Source: a virus | Virus record (IMG/VR): IMGVR_UViG_3300011115_000716 | Span: 1-64,000 of that record | Direction: 5' to 3' (one strand) | Length of the DNA stretch: 64,000 bases | Part shown: piece after piece, positions 45,630-55,517 of the stretch | Position numbering within the stretch: position 1 is the stretch's first letter | Layout: each line of letters begins with the position of its first letter | Translations under genes and position numbers: made by a program | Notes under the pieces: model-generated | Database searches by the model: none | What the model was told of the DNA's origin: nothing | What the model saw: only the letters and a program-made list of their open reading frames with translations

Positions 45630-46908
45630 CGTAACACATAACAAGTACAGAAAAGGCACATCTTATAAAGTTAGCTGGCCTTCTTTACCCTCTCTTAGTG
45701 CACAACCTATAAGAATTGACCTTATTCAAAAGCAGTACAACCATGACGTGGTTATCTTAGAGTATTCAATAGTTAGCCCTCTTTATTTTGACACAATTAA
45801 AACCGGTATATTAGTAAAATTTACTTGGACTCAAGAGGGGCTAAGTAGAAGCTGGGTTGGGTATGTTTCATCTATTGACAGAGTTATTAATAGCCGTCGC
45901 GATATAACTATGAAAATACATTGCGTTGGTGCTAGCTACAGGCTTAAGGAAAGAGCTACAAGGGTGTTTATTAACTCTTCCATACCTGAAGCGGTTCAAA
46001 CAATTGCTAAAGAATTTGGCTTACATTACTCCGGGATTAATGACGCTAGAAGATTTTCGCAACTTGCCATGGCCGGGCATTCTTATTGGGAATGGATTCA
46101 AGAGCAGGCTAAAAGAATTGGGTATGCTCTGGTTATTGACGGAACTAATTTAATATTTAAACCTATAGACAGCATTATTGATGAGAATTTTAGTACTACT
46201 CCGGTAATGAGTTTTGACACTACTCCTACTCCAACAAACACAATGTATTTAGATAGAACTTTAGACTATTTTATGGCTCTAAATGGAGAGCATATTGAAA
46301 CCGGGGGAGAACTACGTGTTAATAAGGTTGTTGGTGGTGTTGACCCAATTACTAGTACACCGTCAGTTTACATGGCTAAACCAAATGCACTTGGAAAATC
46401 AGTTAGAAATAATGTTAGCGATGTTTTGTTTACTCAATATAAATCTACTGAAGTTGCAAATGGCGGTAAGTCTGTGGCCCAGGCGGCGGAAGGAATTGCT
46501 CATACATCTAGGTTCTCATTGCCAGCTAATGCCAAAGGTCAGGGAGACCCCCGTTTAATGCCATTTGGTACAGTTCTTATTAAGGGAACGGGTGAATTGA
46601 CTGACGGGTATTGGTTGGTAAAAGAAGTTATTCATACTCTTCACCGTGTTGGAGACTACATGGCAACGTTAAATCTTCTTTCGGATGGACTTGGTAATAC
46701 TAAGGAATCGGTTTTTAGAAACAGAGATAATAGCGCTAGGGGCAGTGTAAACTTAAATGAAGCCCTTAAAAATAATGGTAAACAATCAGGGTTGTTCTCT
46801 GAAAATGATGCTAAAGCTGTTTTTCCATATGATATTGTAAAAATAGATGACCAAGGGTTTAATCGTACTCCAGCTGTCTGGAAAAGTGGAAAGGCTAGTG
46901 TGAACTAA
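45622..46908 (+). CDS. baseplate hub protein (gp27/VgrG N-like)
   Basis: IAKEFGL, Q..M...SYWEWI...AKRIGY, GDPRL, GYWLV..V.H. Confidence 0.75.
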   Translation: MSDVTHNKYRKGTSYKVSWPSLPSLSAQPIRIDLIQKQYNHDVVILEYSIVSPLYFDTIKTGILVKFTWTQEGLSRSWVGYVSSIDRVINSRRDITMKIHCVGASYRLKERATRVFINSSIPEAVQTIAKEFGLHYSGINDARRFSQLAMAGHSYWEWIQEQAKRIGYALVIDGTNLIFKPIDSIIDENFSTTPVMSFDTTPTPTNTMYLDRTLDYFMALNGEHIETGGELRVNKVVGGVDPITSTPSVYMAKPNALGKSVRNNVSDVLFTQYKSTEVANGGKSVAQAAEGIAHTSRFSLPANAKGQGDPRLMPFGTVLIKGTGELTDGYWLVKEVIHTLHRVGDYMATLNLLSDGLGNTKESVFRNRDNSARGSVNLNEALKNNGKQSGLFSENDAKAVFPYDIVKIDDQGFNRTPAVWKSGKASVN

Positions 46909-47342
46909 TGACTAAAGTAAATGCACTTGAGTATGCTATTAGTTTTCCTTTTACTATTGATGGATACGGTAATATCTCAAAAACTTCAAATCAATCTGAA
47001 ATTTGGGAAGCAAGAGTTAAATCTGCTATAGGAACAGCGATTAGTGAACGGGTTATGCGTTCAGATTATGGAACAAGAATTCCTGAATTATTTTTTGATA
47101 CTCAAGATGCACTGGATACGGGTATTCGTAAAGAAGTAACTAGGGTATTTGCTAGTTATCTACCTTTATTAACCCTTAACTCTGTAAATGTTGAATATGA
47201 AAATCTATTATTCGGAAAAACGACTGGTTTTGCAACCACGGCAACTATTTCTTACACTTTGCCAAATCAAACAACTACAACCACTAGGGTCAATGTAGTA
47301 ACTATTAACAAAAATATTCCACCTTATGAGGAGAATCAATGA
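46908..47342 (+). CDS. baseplate wedge gp25/gpW-like protein
   Basis: ISFPF, GT...ERVMRSDYGT. Confidence 0.85.
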   Translation: MTKVNALEYAISFPFTIDGYGNISKTSNQSEIWEARVKSAIGTAISERVMRSDYGTRIPELFFDTQDALDTGIRKEVTRVFASYLPLLTLNSVNVEYENLLFGKTTGFATTATISYTLPNQTTTTTRVNVVTINKNIPPYEENQ

Positions 47343-49675
47343 CAACCCCAGTTAGCAATATCCCTATTTCAATTGATTACACTAGTAGAGATTACTACGC
47401 ATTAAGGGATGCCCTTATTCAACGAGTAAAAGAACGAACTGGTAATAAATGGTCAGGTAATGACCCCTCTGATTTTGGTGTTGCGTTAGTAGAGTCTTTT
47501 GCTTATATGGGAGATTTAGTTAATTATTACATTGACCGTGTTGCTAATGAATCTTATATAGGTACTGCGACTCAGAGACAAAACGTTCTTAATTTAGCCT
47601 CTATGCTTGGGTATACTGCTGGTGGGTATACTTCTGCAACTGTTAACGTAACTCTTACTAATTCAGTAAATGTTGGTTATAGGGGCCAGGTTGGCGCAAG
47701 TCAGCTTTCTGGAGGTATCGCAAGATTAGTAATACCTAATGATAATACATTTGAGGTAGGTAACCTAGTAAACGTTTCTAATTTAACAAGAAGCGAGTAT
47801 AACGGAACGTTTACTATTACTTCAAAAAATCTTGGAGCTAATGAAATTGAATTTGTGCCTTTAAATAGCTCCGTTACTGCGGCCGGTAATGGCACCATTG
47901 TTGTGTTTACTACACCTAGCACACATAACATTTTAATTGGAGAAATTGTTACAACTTCTGGGTTTACTGGTGGGTCAACTGCGTATAACTTAGCAAACAA
48001 GACTGTTACAGCAGTTACCGCAACTACTTTTACTGTAACGGCTGCGGTAAGTGGTACTGCTACTGGAGGGGTTGTTAAATACGCTGATATTGCAACAGGT
48101 GCAAACATTAACGGGTATGTGCACGATATTGGGTATGTTACTGTTCCCGCAGGTACTCAACTATTTTCAGAAATATCTGATAACGGAGTAGTTTATCAAG
48201 TTATTTTTACTACTCTAACTACAGCCGCTGTTCCGTATGTAAATGATGATGGTACTGGAGGTTCTCAAACAGTTATTGCACGACATGGTATTGATGTTTC
48301 TACTCTAAGTTCAAACCAAGCTAATAGCTCTATTACCCCAGATATAAATGGAGAACTTATAGGCTATTCGACGGGGGAGGCTGACCAAGTAGTTTCCCTT
48401 ATAGAAACAGAAGTGGATATAAGTACATTAATTGTGTATGTTGAAAATGGTAATACTTTTGATACATGGACAGCTGTTCAATATCTTGAAGACTATACGT
48501 CAACTGATAAAGTTTACAGAGTATCAATTGATGCTGACGATAACATTTTTATTAATTTTGGTGATGGAATAGGCGGAATAATTCCTACAAAAGGTAGCCG
48601 TATAAAAGCTGCATACTATAAGGGGTCTGGTCTGTTAGGAAACATCCCTGCTTACTCAATTAAGTCTATTTACGACGTACCCGGAGCCACAACTTCTGCT
48701 CGTACGTTAATTATGTCTAAAGTTACTCCTTCAAATGCAGTAGCTGCTACTGGAGGAGATGGTCCAGAATCATTAGACAGTATTAGACACAACGCCCCAA
48801 GTGCGCTTAGAGCATTAAATAGGGCAGTAACTTTAGAGGATTTTTCAAATTTAGCTCTATCTATTCCACGTGTTGGTAAGGCAAATGCTGTTGCTTCCTT
48901 ACCTACTTCAATTAGTGTTTACATTGCTCCTGAAAGGAGTACTTCAAATAACGAGACCACTCCTGGAATTACAAGGGTGGACACTGTTGATACCCCAACT
49001 CCTGACTTAGTTATTTTAAAAAGTGAAGTAAGTTCATTTTTAGCTGATAAAAGTCAAATAGGAACTACTGTAACTATTTTAGAGCCTAAATATTCATACA
49101 TTTATACAACTATCCAATATAGTAAACTAACTAACTACTCTCAAACTGCAGTGGAATCTGCAATTAGGGCGTCTTTACTTACAACGTATTCTTATGATAA
49201 TTTAGATTTTCAAAACGTTATTACTCCTCAAATGATTGAGGATACTTTAAGAAAAGTAGATGGTGTTCAGAATGTTTTAGTTAAATATTTGTATAAAACA
49301 GGCAGTGGAGCTGGAAAAACTACCCTAGCTGGGGATTTTAATGAAATATTTGTGTTTACTGATGGCAATACTACTTTAGAGCCGTCTTCAAACGAATCTC
49401 GTCTAGATGTAAGTGGTGGGTTAACTTCTTCAATTACTATAACCCCTACATATAACCAAAACGTTTATCAGTATACCGCAACTACTAGCGCCTCAAGCAT
49501 AACTTTAACAGCAACAGCAAGCTTGGGAACTATTGCTATTGCAAATATGGCTACTGTTAGTGGGGCGTCTAGAACAATAACCTTAAATACTGGAGTAAAT
49601 AGCATTGAAATTGCTGTGACTGCTGCTGATGGCATTACTACAAGTAAGTACACTGTAACGGTTGTTAAGTCATGA
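47339..49675 (+). CDS. baseplate J/gp6-like protein
   Basis: DYTSRDY, DFGVALVE, YYIDR.ANE, FGDG..G.IP, GG...ES, RAVTLEDF; C-terminal cadherin-like sandwich. Confidence 0.9.
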   Translation: MTTPVSNIPISIDYTSRDYYALRDALIQRVKERTGNKWSGNDPSDFGVALVESFAYMGDLVNYYIDRVANESYIGTATQRQNVLNLASMLGYTAGGYTSATVNVTLTNSVNVGYRGQVGASQLSGGIARLVIPNDNTFEVGNLVNVSNLTRSEYNGTFTITSKNLGANEIEFVPLNSSVTAAGNGTIVVFTTPSTHNILIGEIVTTSGFTGGSTAYNLANKTVTAVTATTFTVTAAVSGTATGGVVKYADIATGANINGYVHDIGYVTVPAGTQLFSEISDNGVVYQVIFTTLTTAAVPYVNDDGTGGSQTVIARHGIDVSTLSSNQANSSITPDINGELIGYSTGEADQVVSLIETEVDISTLIVYVENGNTFDTWTAVQYLEDYTSTDKVYRVSIDADDNIFINFGDGIGGIIPTKGSRIKAAYYKGSGLLGNIPAYSIKSIYDVPGATTSARTLIMSKVTPSNAVAATGGDGPESLDSIRHNAPSALRALNRAVTLEDFSNLALSIPRVGKANAVASLPTSISVYIAPERSTSNNETTPGITRVDTVDTPTPDLVILKSEVSSFLADKSQIGTTVTILEPKYSYIYTTIQYSKLTNYSQTAVESAIRASLLTTYSYDNLDFQNVITPQMIEDTLRKVDGVQNVLVKYLYKTGSGAGKTTLAGDFNEIFVFTDGNTTLEPSSNESRLDVSGGLTSSITITPTYNQNVYQYTATTSASSITLTATASLGTIAIANMATVSGASRTITLNTGVNSIEIAVTAADGITTSKYTVTVVKS

Positions 49676-50088
49676 TAAAAGACTCAGCTGGTAATCAAAG
49701 GTTTTACGGAGTATACAGAGCTGTTGTTTTTAACAACCAGGACCCAGAAGCTTTAGGAAGGCTTCGTCTTAAAATTCCTCAAATATTTGCAGAAACTCCT
49801 ACTGGGTGGTGTTGGCCTGTTAACCCTGCGGGAATTAGTTTGTCGTCTCCGGCAATTGGGCAAGGAATTTGGGCTATGTTTGAGGGTGGAGACCCTTCCT
49901 TTCCTCTTTGGTTGGGTGTTTTTGGTTTAGAGGTCAGTTCATCTAAAAATATTGCTATCAATCCGGTTTTAAATGGTACTCCAATTCCCGATAATTTTTC
50001 GTTCAGTTCAACTAATACAAGCAATAACATAGACATAGTAAAAAGTTTAATAAGCGTTGCCTCAGCAATTGACGGCGGAAACGCGTAA
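49672..50088 (+). CDS. baseplate spike, gpV/gp5 OB-fold
   Basis: FYGVYRAVV..N.DP...GRL.L..P, P.IGQG.W.MFEGGDP..P.W.G. Confidence 0.85.
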   Translation: MIKDSAGNQRFYGVYRAVVFNNQDPEALGRLRLKIPQIFAETPTGWCWPVNPAGISLSSPAIGQGIWAMFEGGDPSFPLWLGVFGLEVSSSKNIAINPVLNGTPIPDNFSFSSTNTSNNIDIVKSLISVASAIDGGNA

Positions 50089-50114
50089 AATAGTAAAGAA
50101 GCCTAGGAGAAAAA

Positions 50115-51104
50115 ATGGCATTATACCCCAGTAACGCAGTATCATTTGGTGCTGACCGTGTTAATTTATCTAGCAGCGTTCTAGCTGAGGATGTCAACTC
50201 TCTATATCGTGAGGTAGTAGCAATCTCTCAGGACTTAGTTGGAACTAGTAACCCAACTGCAGGTGCGCTTATTTATAGCGCCGCTTGGGGATTAGGTACA
50301 GTTGACTTTACTACAACAACATGGCCAAGCCTTAAAGCTAGACTTCAGAATATTGAAACTGCGTTGTATAAAACTTATACATTTAGTTTGGATATTAGAG
50401 GGTTAGCGGCGTCCAATACGGTTCAAAGTATTGACGCAAAAACAGTTGGTTTAAATGTTAAAACTGGAGCAATTACTTCGTCAACTTTATCAAGTGCTTC
50501 TGGAACTGATGGTGCTACGGTTACTTACACTGGAGCTAACACATTTTCAGTGGGCCAAAAAGTCACAGTAACTGGGTTTACTATTGCAACCGGGACAACT
50601 TTAAACTTTGTTTTACAAACAATTACCGCAGTTACTAGCAATGACTTTACCATTGCTGCTCCTTCTGTAACAGGTGTTACAGGAACTACCTCTGGTATTA
50701 GTACAAGCCTAACTATTGTTGGAGACATCACTGCGGTTGTTGCAGGAATGACAGTAACTGGAACAAATATTGCATCTGGAACAAAAGTGTCTAATTTTAG
50801 TGGACAGATAGTTACTTTAGATACTGCTTCAACTGGTACCGTATCTGGAAGTATTTCTTTTACGACAAAAGGTACTACTAGCGGAACTGGTTCTGCAACT
50901 GCATACCAAACAACTTCTCTACAACAATGGCAAAAAACTGATAATACAGTTGTTGCGTCTGTTAGTCCAGACGGTAATTTTGCTGCGCTTGGTACATTTA
51001 CTGCTGGTTCTAACTCCACTATTGGGGGAACACTCGCAGTAACTGGTGCAGCTACATTTGGTGGCGAAGTCACTGCTGCTGTAATAAACGGTGGAACACC
51101 TTAA
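50115..51104 (+). CDS. tail fibre-like protein
   Basis: T/G-rich beta modules. Confidence 0.65.
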   Translation: MALYPSNAVSFGADRVNLSSSVLAEDVNSLYREVVAISQDLVGTSNPTAGALIYSAAWGLGTVDFTTTTWPSLKARLQNIETALYKTYTFSLDIRGLAASNTVQSIDAKTVGLNVKTGAITSSTLSSASGTDGATVTYTGANTFSVGQKVTVTGFTIATGTTLNFVLQTITAVTSNDFTIAAPSVTGVTGTTSGISTSLTIVGDITAVVAGMTVTGTNIASGTKVSNFSGQIVTLDTASTGTVSGSISFTTKGTTSGTGSATAYQTTSLQQWQKTDNTVVASVSPDGNFAALGTFTAGSNSTIGGTLAVTGAATFGGEVTAAVINGGTP

Positions 51105-51117
51105 CTAAGGAATAGCT

Positions 51118-52830
51118 TTGGCTAGATATAATAATTTTAAATATGGTGATGGGACACTATATGGTGAGTTAACTGCGTCAAAATACTCTGCTTCGCCATT
51201 TGTAGCATACTCACAAGATTATCAAAAAGTTGTTTTAACTTGGGGAGCTATTCAAGGGGATGCAGGTAACCCAGTTGTACTTTATCAGCTGGTTCGTAAT
51301 CAATACGCGTATTCTGAAACACAAACTGATGGCGTAATTTTATTTACTGGTTCTTTTAACCCACAATTATTTACTGATACTGTTCAGCTGGCTTCTGGCA
51401 GATTTGCATTTTATACAATATGGGTAAAGCTTCAAGATGATTCTTGGGTGCTTACAGGTGTTACTGAGGTGCTGGTTCCTAGTAAGCATTCCTCAAGAAT
51501 TTATCCTAGATATATTGACGAAACAAACACTGCAATTCCTGCTGATATTTTACTTCAAACAACTCATGAAAGATTTTTAAGCTACATACCTAGGGTGTTT
51601 ACATCAAGTGCTGGTCTTACAGATGATTATGTTGATGAAACGTCTGATTTATCTTTGTTTTTAGAGGGGTTCTCGTTTACAATTGATGAGTTTTTAACTT
51701 ATAGCCAACTTATTCTTCCTGGAGTAAGTGGTAAGTATAGTAATGCGGCAATAGTTAAACTCCAAGGTGACCAACTAGGGGTTCCCGAAGACCCGCAAGG
51801 GTTGACTAAAACTCAAAAAACATTTGTTAGAGATTCTATCTATATTTATTCTCGAAAGGGAACAAAAGTTGGGTTAAATAGATTTATTAAAGCAATAACT
51901 GGGTATATTCCAACAACTACTGTTAGTTCTAATTTAATTCTTTCTATTCAAGATAGTACTTTTTACAAGGGAATTGGTAACTGGAGCATATCAAATGGTA
52001 CCGTTTCTATGAACGCTACTAATACCTCAGATGTCCCTACTCCCGGAGGGACAGCCACTTCAGTTAGTGGTACTAGCGGTACATCAACTCTTACTGTAAC
52101 TAACGTGGGGTTTAATATTGCAGTTGGGCAAACGGTTAAAGGAAATGCAAATATTCCTGCTAACTCGGTTGTTACTGCTACTAGTGCTCCTTCTGGAGTT
52201 GGAATTACCGTAACAATTAATACTACTTTGACTGGTAGTTTGTCTTCTGCTACTGGGATTACATTTGATGATGCAAATGGGTTAGTTATTGACAGCACTT
52301 GGATTTCAACTATTGATGCAACTTCTGGTACTTATCCTAGTATTAGCCTTGGACAAAACTCCCCGGTATTAACAGGAATACCAGTTATTGCGGGGAATAG
52401 TTACTCCTTTAGTTATTGGGTAAAACGTAATAGCACTTCTGGCAGCATTTACGGTCAATCAATTCTTTGGTACAACCAGCATGGTGTTCAAATTTCTGAT
52501 TCTCCTGCACTGGTTGGTCAAACAGTGACAACAAGTTGGGTTAAAAAAACCTATACTAAAACAGCACCTACTGGAGCTGTTTTTGCGGCTATTGGGTTAA
52601 CGTTTACTGGGGGGCCTGTTTACTACCTCGACCGTGTTCAGTTTGCTGTATCTAGTGAGGTAAACTATTCAGAGGCTAGGGCAATTAAAATTAGCGTTGC
52701 CTCAAATACCCAAACTCGTATAGCTAAAATTCCTAGATTAAACTTTGAAATTACTAAGTATTTACCTATAAATACCCCATATATCATAACCTCTGCAAGT
52801 GGGTTTGAAAGTTCTGGGATTTCGTCGTAA
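51118..52830 (+). CDS. baseplate or tail protein (gpI/gp7-like) with CBM-like domain
   Basis: TTG start; IY..KGT..GL...I..ITG; G..YSFSYWVK...APTGA. Confidence 0.65.
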   Translation: MARYNNFKYGDGTLYGELTASKYSASPFVAYSQDYQKVVLTWGAIQGDAGNPVVLYQLVRNQYAYSETQTDGVILFTGSFNPQLFTDTVQLASGRFAFYTIWVKLQDDSWVLTGVTEVLVPSKHSSRIYPRYIDETNTAIPADILLQTTHERFLSYIPRVFTSSAGLTDDYVDETSDLSLFLEGFSFTIDEFLTYSQLILPGVSGKYSNAAIVKLQGDQLGVPEDPQGLTKTQKTFVRDSIYIYSRKGTKVGLNRFIKAITGYIPTTTVSSNLILSIQDSTFYKGIGNWSISNGTVSMNATNTSDVPTPGGTATSVSGTSGTSTLTVTNVGFNIAVGQTVKGNANIPANSVVTATSAPSGVGITVTINTTLTGSLSSATGITFDDANGLVIDSTWISTIDATSGTYPSISLGQNSPVLTGIPVIAGNSYSFSYWVKRNSTSGSIYGQSILWYNQHGVQISDSPALVGQTVTTSWVKKTYTKTAPTGAVFAAIGLTFTGGPVYYLDRVQFAVSSEVNYSEARAIKISVASNTQTRIAKIPRLNFEITKYLPINTPYIITSASGFESSGISS

Positions 52831-52839
52831 GATATCTAT

Positions 52840-53097
52840 ATGGATATTTTTTATATAACTTTAGTAACTGGAATGGCTACGGGATTTACTCTCGAGCTTC
52901 TGTCAACAGTATTTAGCAAAGCCTCGATTAAGCTTCTTAGGCTAGTATTTGTTCTCCCCGTCTCCTTCACCGCCGCTTATTTTTTGGGCGTAACTTCGCC
53001 TGTTTTGTGGGTTGTAGGGGTGGCCGCTAGTTTCTTTACATTGTTTGTGTTGCGCTGGTTGGATAAACCTGTTACGATTCAAAATATTCGGCGTTAA
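52840..53097 (+). CDS. three-TM membrane protein
   Basis: Hydrophobic; leaderless-looking start TAAGAT-6-ATG. Confidence 0.7.
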   Translation: MDIFYITLVTGMATGFTLELLSTVFSKASIKLLRLVFVLPVSFTAAYFLGVTSPVLWVVGVAASFFTLFVLRWLDKPVTIQNIRR

Positions 53098-53108
53098 GAA
53101 AGGTTCAC

Positions 53109-54050
53109 ATGGATGAGTTATTCCTATTATCGTTAACTCCATCCGAACTTCGTACTTATCTAGCGTTGCGTCATCTATCGAATGAATCTGGCCTGGTCAA
53201 GGCAACTATGGTTGAACTTGGCGAGGTAACTGGGTATTCCCGGGAGAGTATTCGTTTAGCTGTTCGCGAGCTTGAAAGTAAGGGTTTGGTTGAGACTCAT
53301 AGGACTAAACGTAACCTAGGTAGGCTGTATAAAAATGAGTATCAACTATTGCAAGTTGACTTGGCATCAACAGCTGTCTATACTGATAGAAGTAGTCAGC
53401 AGACTACTATAACTACTAAAGCAATAAATACTTCGTATTTATTGGGGGCTAACGCCCCAAGAGAGGCAAAGATGAAAAAGGAGATTGTTTTGAACAAATG
53501 GAGTCCAGACGCGGATGACAACATCGCTGGTGTTGGTAGATTTGATAATGAGATTGCTATTGCTCGTGAGGGTACAAAGGTAAGCAAACGTGACCCAAAG
53601 ACTAGGTACTTGCGCTCAGAGTCTGAATGGACTGCGTCAGATGTTGCTTCAGAGTTCTCGTCTCGGGTTTACGCTAGAGTTCGGGGTATCCCAGGGCTAG
53701 TAAACACCGCAAACGTTCGTGGAGCTCTATCAAAATGGCGTAAACAGCACGGGATAACCGCCGACATTGAGCTAGAGATTATGGCCATGTATTTTGCTGA
53801 TGACCGCTTTTTGGTTAACGCTAGAAAGAACCCAAAGTTTATTGTCGGTGGTTTTTTAAGGATGTTCACAACTCATTTAGACAAGGCCCTAGAGAACCTA
53901 GGATTACCACCAATTCCGGTTGAGGAGCCTCTTGTTGCGGATTCTGAGCGTAAGGTATATGTTTATGCTTCAGACGGTAAAGCGTTTGACAATTCGCTTC
54001 CAGGCCGTAAAGCTAGGGACCGTTACGAACTATCTATGAAGGGAAAATAA
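53109..54050 (+). CDS. replication initiator-like protein with N-terminal wHTH
   Basis: T..ELGEVTGYSRESIR.AVRELESKGLV; directly upstream of the DnaC-like loader. Confidence 0.7.
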   Translation: MDELFLLSLTPSELRTYLALRHLSNESGLVKATMVELGEVTGYSRESIRLAVRELESKGLVETHRTKRNLGRLYKNEYQLLQVDLASTAVYTDRSSQQTTITTKAINTSYLLGANAPREAKMKKEIVLNKWSPDADDNIAGVGRFDNEIAIAREGTKVSKRDPKTRYLRSESEWTASDVASEFSSRVYARVRGIPGLVNTANVRGALSKWRKQHGITADIELEIMAMYFADDRFLVNARKNPKFIVGGFLRMFTTHLDKALENLGLPPIPVEEPLVADSERKVYVYASDGKAFDNSLPGRKARDRYELSMKGK

Positions 54051-54776
54051 ATGGCATACAACATCGCAGAACTCAGCCCCCTAAAAAGGAACTGGTTATA
54101 TCGTAATTCAAATATTCCTCACCGTTTCTTAGGTTTGGAACCATCAGACATTGAAAAAGACAAGGGTGCTTTTCCAGAAGAGATTACTGACTGGGTTGAG
54201 TCCGCTCTTCGTGGTGAAGTAATCAAAGCTATTGGCGGCCTAGGAGTAACTGGCGTTGGACTTCTGTTTGATGGTAGTCCAGGTCTTGGTAAGACAACTC
54301 ACGCTGTGACAGCAATTATGGAGTTTGTTCGTAATTTACCAGAGAGCGATGAAGAGATGCGCAAGATTCTCGGAGCCTCAGCCGCTGACTTTGGTCAGGC
54401 TATGCGTCCTGTGTATTACCTGACTTTTCCTGATTTCTTGTCAAAGAAGAAAGCTACGTTTGATGCCAAAGGCGACGAGCGGGAGCTCTTAATTGCCGAG
54501 ATGGAGGGATTCCACGGACGCTCCAAGATGGACCACCTAAACGTTCGTGTCTTAGTTCTAGATGACCTAGGAAAAGAATATGGTTCCAAGTACGACGACT
54601 CATCATTTGACGAAGTACTGCGTTCCCGCTACGATAAAGCTCTACCAACAATCATTACCACTAACCGTGACCGTGAAGATTGGGAAAAAGTATATGGCAA
54701 AGCTATGGGAAGTTTTGCTTTTGAGGCGTTCCACCTGGTTCGTCTTGTAGGAAAAGACCTTAGGAAAGAGGGTTAA
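54051..54776 (+). CDS. DnaC/IstB-like helicase loader ATPase
   Basis: GSPGLGKT, LVLDDLGKE, PTIITTN. Confidence 0.88.
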   Translation: MAYNIAELSPLKRNWLYRNSNIPHRFLGLEPSDIEKDKGAFPEEITDWVESALRGEVIKAIGGLGVTGVGLLFDGSPGLGKTTHAVTAIMEFVRNLPESDEEMRKILGASAADFGQAMRPVYYLTFPDFLSKKKATFDAKGDERELLIAEMEGFHGRSKMDHLNVRVLVLDDLGKEYGSKYDDSSFDEVLRSRYDKALPTIITTNRDREDWEKVYGKAMGSFAFEAFHLVRLVGKDLRKEG

Positions 54777-54778
54777 AA

Positions 54779-55090
54779 ATGGAAGACAATCGTAGAACAA
54801 TTCAAATATTTATTTCTAATAAACTAAATACTAAAAATGAACTTGAGGTAAGTGAAGTTTCAATGAATGCAGAAAGCACTGGTAGCATACAGTGCACCTG
54901 CAAGGACTATAAAAAATTAGAAATATGCAAACACGCCAACTATGTAATAAAAAAAATAGAAGATAATGAAGGAAGTTTTGGATTATTAATTCCAGAAAAT
55001 GTTCCGGACGAGGTAGCATTTCTTGCGTTTAATGATGCCGATTCTTCTCGTAATTTTATTCTTAATTATGGAAAAATAGAGGTGATGTAA
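54779..55090 (+). CDS. SWIM zinc-finger protein
   Basis: CTC......ICKH. Confidence 0.7.
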   Translation: MEDNRRTIQIFISNKLNTKNELEVSEVSMNAESTGSIQCTCKDYKKLEICKHANYVIKKIEDNEGSFGLLIPENVPDEVAFLAFNDADSSRNFILNYGKIEVM

Positions 55091-55506
55091 TGCGCGGAGG
55101 CGACATATCTAATGACACGCCTCCTCGTATTATTGTAGTAATAGATGTGGTCTGTGAATCAATAATAAAAGAAGAACGCAAGTTTATTCGTGGCACACAG
55201 TTTCGCACCTACTCAAAATTAAATAATCTAGCTCTATCTGAACTATGGAGAATTTCTGACCGGTATGGATTATCGGTAGAACTTGCAGCTTTTGAAAATG
55301 AGCTTTGGACTCAAGAAACTCTTGACGCATTTATTGATAAGCTCGAACGTCGTGGTGGAAACCCATTTAACTACGCTGAGCTTTACATAAACATCGAGGA
55401 CTTTATTGGGGACCTACCTTATCGCAATAATTTAAAAGGTGTGATAGATTTACAAAGTCGTGTTGCAAGATACGGCTCATGGGGTATCGAACTAAACAAC
55501 TTATAA
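55090..55506 (+). CDS. hypothetical protein
   Basis: 138 aa, TAATG coupling. Confidence 0.7.
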   Translation: MRGGDISNDTPPRIIVVIDVVCESIIKEERKFIRGTQFRTYSKLNNLALSELWRISDRYGLSVELAAFENELWTQETLDAFIDKLERRGGNPFNYAELYINIEDFIGDLPYRNNLKGVIDLQSRVARYGSWGIELNNL

Positions 55507-55517
55507 GGGAGCAATAA

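Noticed and set aside
38639-52830. Bacterial contractile injection system or tailocin
   Set aside because: Linked to capsid, portal, terminase and replication genes, so it is a phage tail
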